Assembly: GCA_963663405.2 (NCBI GenBank)
Contig: CAXXSM010000021.1
Span: 32,001-96,000 of the forward strand
DNA length: 64,000 nucleotides
Source: a bacterium
GTDB lineage: Bacteria > Hinthialibacterota > Hinthialibacteria > Hinthialibacterales > Hinthialibacteraceae
Direction of reading: 5' to 3'
Position numbers and translations under genes: made by a program. Position 1 is the first letter of the stretch, and each line of letters begins with the position of its first letter. Shown here piece by piece: positions 60,168-64,000 of the stretch. The notes beneath the pieces were generated by a model. It was given only the letters and a program-made list of their open reading frames with translations, made no database searches and was not told the origin of the DNA.

Positions 60168-60201
60168 GATTGGTGTCTCCTTTAACTAATGTTTCTAATT
60201 G

Positions 60202-63072
60202 TTAATTAAAACGAATGATCATTGGGTTTACATTAACATTGGGGATAATGTATATAGTTTTTCCCTTGTTTGAATCATAGTTACCAGGTACTTGCGTTTG
60301 ATAATCTAATGTAACAGGTGACGAAGAAAAATTAAATTGATAAATATTGGCATTTAGATAGGATGTATTACCGGGCGCATAGAAATTACGATTTTCCGAA
60401 TTTGGAAATACCTCATATTCATCAGTGTGGCTATCAAATCGCCAAATTGCGCCCCATTTTTCACCATTCGCATTGATCCATCCGCATCGGATAGTACCAT
60501 CTTCAAGATTCCAATAACCTAAAACATCTTGCTCATATCTCTCATAGTTTTCTTCTTCTTCGAAACCAGCTGGGATCCAACAACTGTATCCTGCTAAATT
60601 AAGGCCGGGTTTACCAGATCCACCTTTGAATAATAGTTCAGCCACCTTGCATATCTTACGCTCCACATCATCGCTTTGATACATACAAAGTGCTGGACAC
60701 CATGAACTATATGGGTGAGAAAAATAGATGCTTGAATGCCAGGGTCTTCTCTCTATTTCCGTCAACATTGTCGCATCCATCAAAACACGGCGAAGATAGA
60801 ATATCGCTTGACTGGTTTCAGTAAAATCCTCATTCTTTAGAAACGCATATTCTGTGATTGAAAAATCGGGGCGATATCCACCTCGATTACATGTATCAAA
60901 AATATCATCAATTCGTTGCAACCATGTTTTTCTACTACCATTAGTTTGGTGAAGATCTTCTGGAGGACAATACATACTACCATGTATAGAAATCACTTCT
61001 GGCAGCCGATGGAGAGAACCACCTGATTCACTTCTTACTGTATCGATAAAGCCACAGTAAAACGCGCGATCATACTTGCCGATACCAGGCACATCACCAT
61101 CTGGATAGGATAGTGTTTTGTGATCTGCATTGCTCCCCCCACTATGAATTTTCAAATAAGGCCATTCGGACTTAATGCGGTCTCTCGCTTCCAAGTAGTA
61201 TAATGCGAAATTACCTCCAGCATTATACGCATTTGAAGGAGTACTAGTGTTACCCCAAAGTGATTCCCCAGCTTCTTCATTTCCCAATTCAACATCGGTG
61301 ATTGTATTACTTATAGTTCCATCAATATAATCACTAACTCGATTCAGTCGATACATGACAAAACTTGCATATTCATCGGCGTCAGGTACATTATTACCTG
61401 TGTCATAACTGCCCTCTTCCAAGCAATGCATCCAACAAGTTGAAGCGCCAGCTACGAAACAAGGAACAACTTTTAATCCCTGATCATACGAACTATCGAC
61501 GATTGTATCGATATAGCCTGAATAATAATCATGAGCAAAATAGCGGATACAATGCAAGTGATCTTTTTTCTGTCTCTCAAGATTCGTGTCAAGAGCAACA
61601 CTAGTGAACGCGTTATGAGCGCCGAAGAGTGGTGAATCATATATCACCGTAAGACGGGGACGTTGTAAAACCGTTCCGTATTCGCAGGAACGAATTTGAA
61701 AGAATTTGTATAGAGGAAGATCGTCACTTGTGATGATAAAGCCACGATCCCTTACATACGATGTGCCAGAAGCAAGTTGGATAGTCATTGCATTTGTCAC
61801 ATCAAAATCGATATAAATGTTATCTTGATTGGCAGGCAAAACAACAGGAGGTGTCATCGGCTCATCGAATGAACCACCTGCTGTACTCCAGCTGGTGCCA
61901 CTAAGCCGATTATTGTAAGTTACATAGCTTTCATACCAATTTTCAGTCACGGAGAAAGCGCGAGCTTCCGCATCGGATGTCAGATTGCTATCGTTCATAT
62001 ACAATCGTAATGTAGCGGCATTAATGATAGTAGCCGAACTAATTACAATATTTACTATGAATCCAAAAATCAGCCGATCGTCATCGTTGTCGAATGTAAA
62101 AGATGTTGCCGATCCATAATTTGTGGTTGGACTGTTCTCATTGAGTAAGGAATCTTCCGTATAATTGTTGCTAAAAAACGAATGGCTTGGATCGATCGCG
62201 ATATCCCCATACGGCGCGTTCGCCAAATCTCCCAAATGAGCGGAGATTTCAGCGGTTCCGGGAGCGTTTTCGTTTAGCTTCCAATACTGCGCAGTGCGGA
62301 TTTGGGGGGATTCATCGATGGATTCGATCGGGTCTCCGTTTTCATCCAAGGGATACGCCTCCACCGGGCGAAGAGAGCAAACCACTTCACCATCCCGTAC
62401 AAACCGCAACGTCTGGTTTGTATCAATCGGTTCAGCGTAAAGATCGCGCGATTGACCTTCCTGCCTCGCTTCGCTGGTGATGAAGACTTCGGGGATTTCG
62501 AACCGCGCCGTTAAGAACGCGTCCTCTGCCAATACACCTGCGAACACTCCAGCGCGCAGCTGGTCCACATAGGATGCCCGCAGGATGACGTCCACTTTGA
62601 GGATATCATTTATGTAACGGATTGAAAAATCGATGTTGGGGAAGACATCACTCCAACGGATCGTGTCTCCGATGACTTGATAGGCGCCCCAATTCGGCGA
62701 TCCCAATCCCAGCGAACGAAACGCGTCCCCCCGTCCGATTCCGAGATCGGCGAGACGGTAGGTGAACGTGTCTCCTTTGTGGCTGGCCTGATAGGTTCCG
62801 TCATTACGGACTCGCAGCGACCAGATCCCCGTGGTGACCTCGTAGTCCCAATCCGGATCGTTGGAGGAGACCAGATCGGTCACAACCGGCGTCAAATCGC
62901 CTTCCTCATTGTAGTAATATTTTGGATAGCTGAGGAATTCGATCGAACAGGATGAGGTCTGTTCGGCGTTTTCGTAGAGCGGAATCGGCGTAAATGAATC
63001 CGTCTGCCCAAACGCGTAACTAACTATTACAAACGTACAAACAATCGGTAGAAATCGAATTAATTTACTCAT
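60202..63072 (-). CDS. Large secreted protein: N-terminal domain + DNRLRE (CBM96-like) domain + clan GH-A-like TIM barrel
   Basis: Signal peptide; AIDP junction; EDSLLNENSPTTNYG...ATLRLY...WSTAGG...RPRLTVIY; catalytic-like ELGNE, ISIH and ITEY motifs. Confidence 0.78.
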   Translation of the reverse strand: MSKLIRFLPIVCTFVIVSYAFGQTDSFTPIPLYENAEQTSSCSIEFLSYPKYYYNEEGDLTPVVTDLVSSNDPDWDYEVTTGIWSLRVRNDGTYQASHKGDTFTYRLADLGIGRGDAFRSLGLGSPNWGAYQVIGDTIRWSDVFPNIDFSIRYINDILKVDVILRASYVDQLRAGVFAGVLAEDAFLTARFEIPEVFITSEARQEGQSRDLYAEPIDTNQTLRFVRDGEVVCSLRPVEAYPLDENGDPIESIDESPQIRTAQYWKLNENAPGTAEISAHLGDLANAPYGDIAIDPSHSFFSNNYTEDSLLNENSPTTNYGSATSFTFDNDDDRLIFGFIVNIVISSATIINAATLRLYMNDSNLTSDAEARAFSVTENWYESYVTYNNRLSGTSWSTAGGSFDEPMTPPVVLPANQDNIYIDFDVTNAMTIQLASGTSYVRDRGFIITSDDLPLYKFFQIRSCEYGTVLQRPRLTVIYDSPLFGAHNAFTSVALDTNLERQKKDHLHCIRYFAHDYYSGYIDTIVDSSYDQGLKVVPCFVAGASTCWMHCLEEGSYDTGNNVPDADEYASFVMYRLNRVSDYIDGTISNTITDVELGNEEAGESLWGNTSTPSNAYNAGGNFALYYLEARDRIKSEWPYLKIHSGGSNADHKTLSYPDGDVPGIGKYDRAFYCGFIDTVRSESGGSLHRLPEVISIHGSMYCPPEDLHQTNGSRKTWLQRIDDIFDTCNRGGYRPDFSITEYAFLKNEDFTETSQAIFYLRRVLMDATMLTEIERRPWHSSIYFSHPYSSWCPALCMYQSDDVERKICKVAELLFKGGSGKPGLNLAGYSCWIPAGFEEEENYERYEQDVLGYWNLEDGTIRCGWINANGEKWGAIWRFDSHTDEYEVFPNSENRNFYAPGNTSYLNANIYQFNFSSSPVTLDYQTQVPGNYDSNKGKTIYIIPNVNVNPMIIRFN

Positions 63073-63226
63073 TAAATCCTCCATACTATTTTGTAAAAAA
63101 ACGTTGATGAAATATCGTTATGAACTCTCATTCTTTCCAATAACCTAAAAATAGGTTCAAACGGACGGTTCAATCAAACGTTTCTTTACAAAAAGGAGGC
63201 GGACGGCTCAAGCATTTAAAAATAAC

Positions 63227-63339
63227 TTGACAGATCCAGCCCAAAAAGACTAGAATGAACTCAGAAAAAGGTTCCATTGCAGTGTGTCCTTTTTCGAACG
63301 GGCGCGTGACTTGGTTTAGCGGCTAGGCACGCGCCTTTT
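63227..63339 (+). ncRNA. Candidate small RNA with its own promoter and terminator
   Basis: TTGACA-N18-TAGAAT (63227-63256); hairpin GAAAAAGG/CCTTTTTC (63264-63295); hairpin GGCGCGTG/CACGCGCC + TTTT (63301-63339). Confidence 0.4.
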
Positions 63340-63749
63340 ATGTTGTTTTCATTCTTAAATCACATCATTCGATCCTTACTATAAACTTGTCTTCATTCTT
63401 TCAAAAATCACCCAAGCGTTAATGGATTCAATGCGATCAGCGTGGACTATAACTCTAGGTTCTTTTCAATCTATGATGTGAGAAAAACGCCTCTGGATTC
63501 CCCGCCGACTCGTCTTACCTGCCGAGACATGAAAACACATTAACAATAACGCGCACCCCAAATACTGTCAACAATTATTTTTGGAACTCTTAAATTTTAG
63601 TTGACAGTTATATACATATAACATCAAAAATTAATAAGACAAAAATAACAACATGTGTAATGTCATATTTGCAATTTGCAAACATGCAAATAAATATCGA
63701 TGGTAAAATTTGTTAATGTATTAGAATATTCGCTTGCAATTCTTATATA

Positions 63750-64000
63750 TTATGAGACAGAAGCGACCGCCCCGGCGTGTGTGTGAATCCGTTCAATCGC
63801 TGAACAGATCACATCGAGTTCTTCTTCCTTCATATCGGAATAGAGAGGGAGGCTTAAGGCGCGTTGTTGGAGGTGGATTGTATTGGTGAGGGTGTTTTCA
63901 TTTGTGGGGGTGTATTGGCGGAAGGCGGTCATTTGATGTAAAACGGGGGAATAATAGACGCGGGTGTGAATCCCATCGTCCAGCAGCGCTTCCGCCAGCC
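63750..64000 (-). CDS. DegT/DnrJ/EryC1/StrS-family aminotransferase, 3' end only
   Basis: LAEALLDDGIHTRVYYSPVLHQMTAF...LSLPLYSDM...ICSAI, typical C-terminus of this family. Confidence 0.85.
   Translation of the reverse strand, partial: LAEALLDDGIHTRVYYSPVLHQMTAFRQYTPTNENTLTNTIHLQQRALSLPLYSDMKEEELDVICSAIERIHTHAGAVASVS

Noticed and set aside
63490-63530. CTGGATTCCCCGCC, resembling a REP-type palindrome arm
   Set aside because: Single degenerate occurrence without a convincing partner arm.

Overview
Bacterial chromosomal window of moderate GC, with AT-rich intergenic stretches. Housekeeping and metabolic genes: metG, serS, two alpha-L-fucosidases (GH95 partial, GH29+CBM32), two Tat-exported Gfo/Idh/MocA oxidoreductases, a URO-D-family protein and a partial DegT aminotransferase. 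Regulatory and envelope genes: two ECF sigma/anti-sigma operons, an NtrC-family regulator, an ExbB-ExbD-TPR-VWA operon and three orphan pseudopilin-like genes. There are many Sec-secreted beta-propeller or surface proteins. A complete 2723-bp IS (27-bp imperfect IRs, 8-bp target duplication, probable -1 frameshifted DDE transposase) interrupts a PAS hybrid histidine kinase. Most interesting signals: (i) a short shared C-terminal motif (T-[SP]-V-x-D-W-x-L-[YH] and degenerate variants) on five secreted proteins, a candidate uncharacterised sorting signal; (ii) a ~90-nt multi-stem element with covariation and complementary loops, present twice 44 kb apart; (iii) a tandem array of secreted WD40 genes, each followed by the same 38-bp hairpin, downstream of a GC-mosaic DNRLRE/GH-A protein. 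Several genes carry single-base frameshifts that look like consensus errors. The pseudopilin family and C-terminal motif suggest a Sumerlaeota/Ca. Hinthialibacterota-like organism (inference only). No rRNA, tRNA or CRISPR array was seen.
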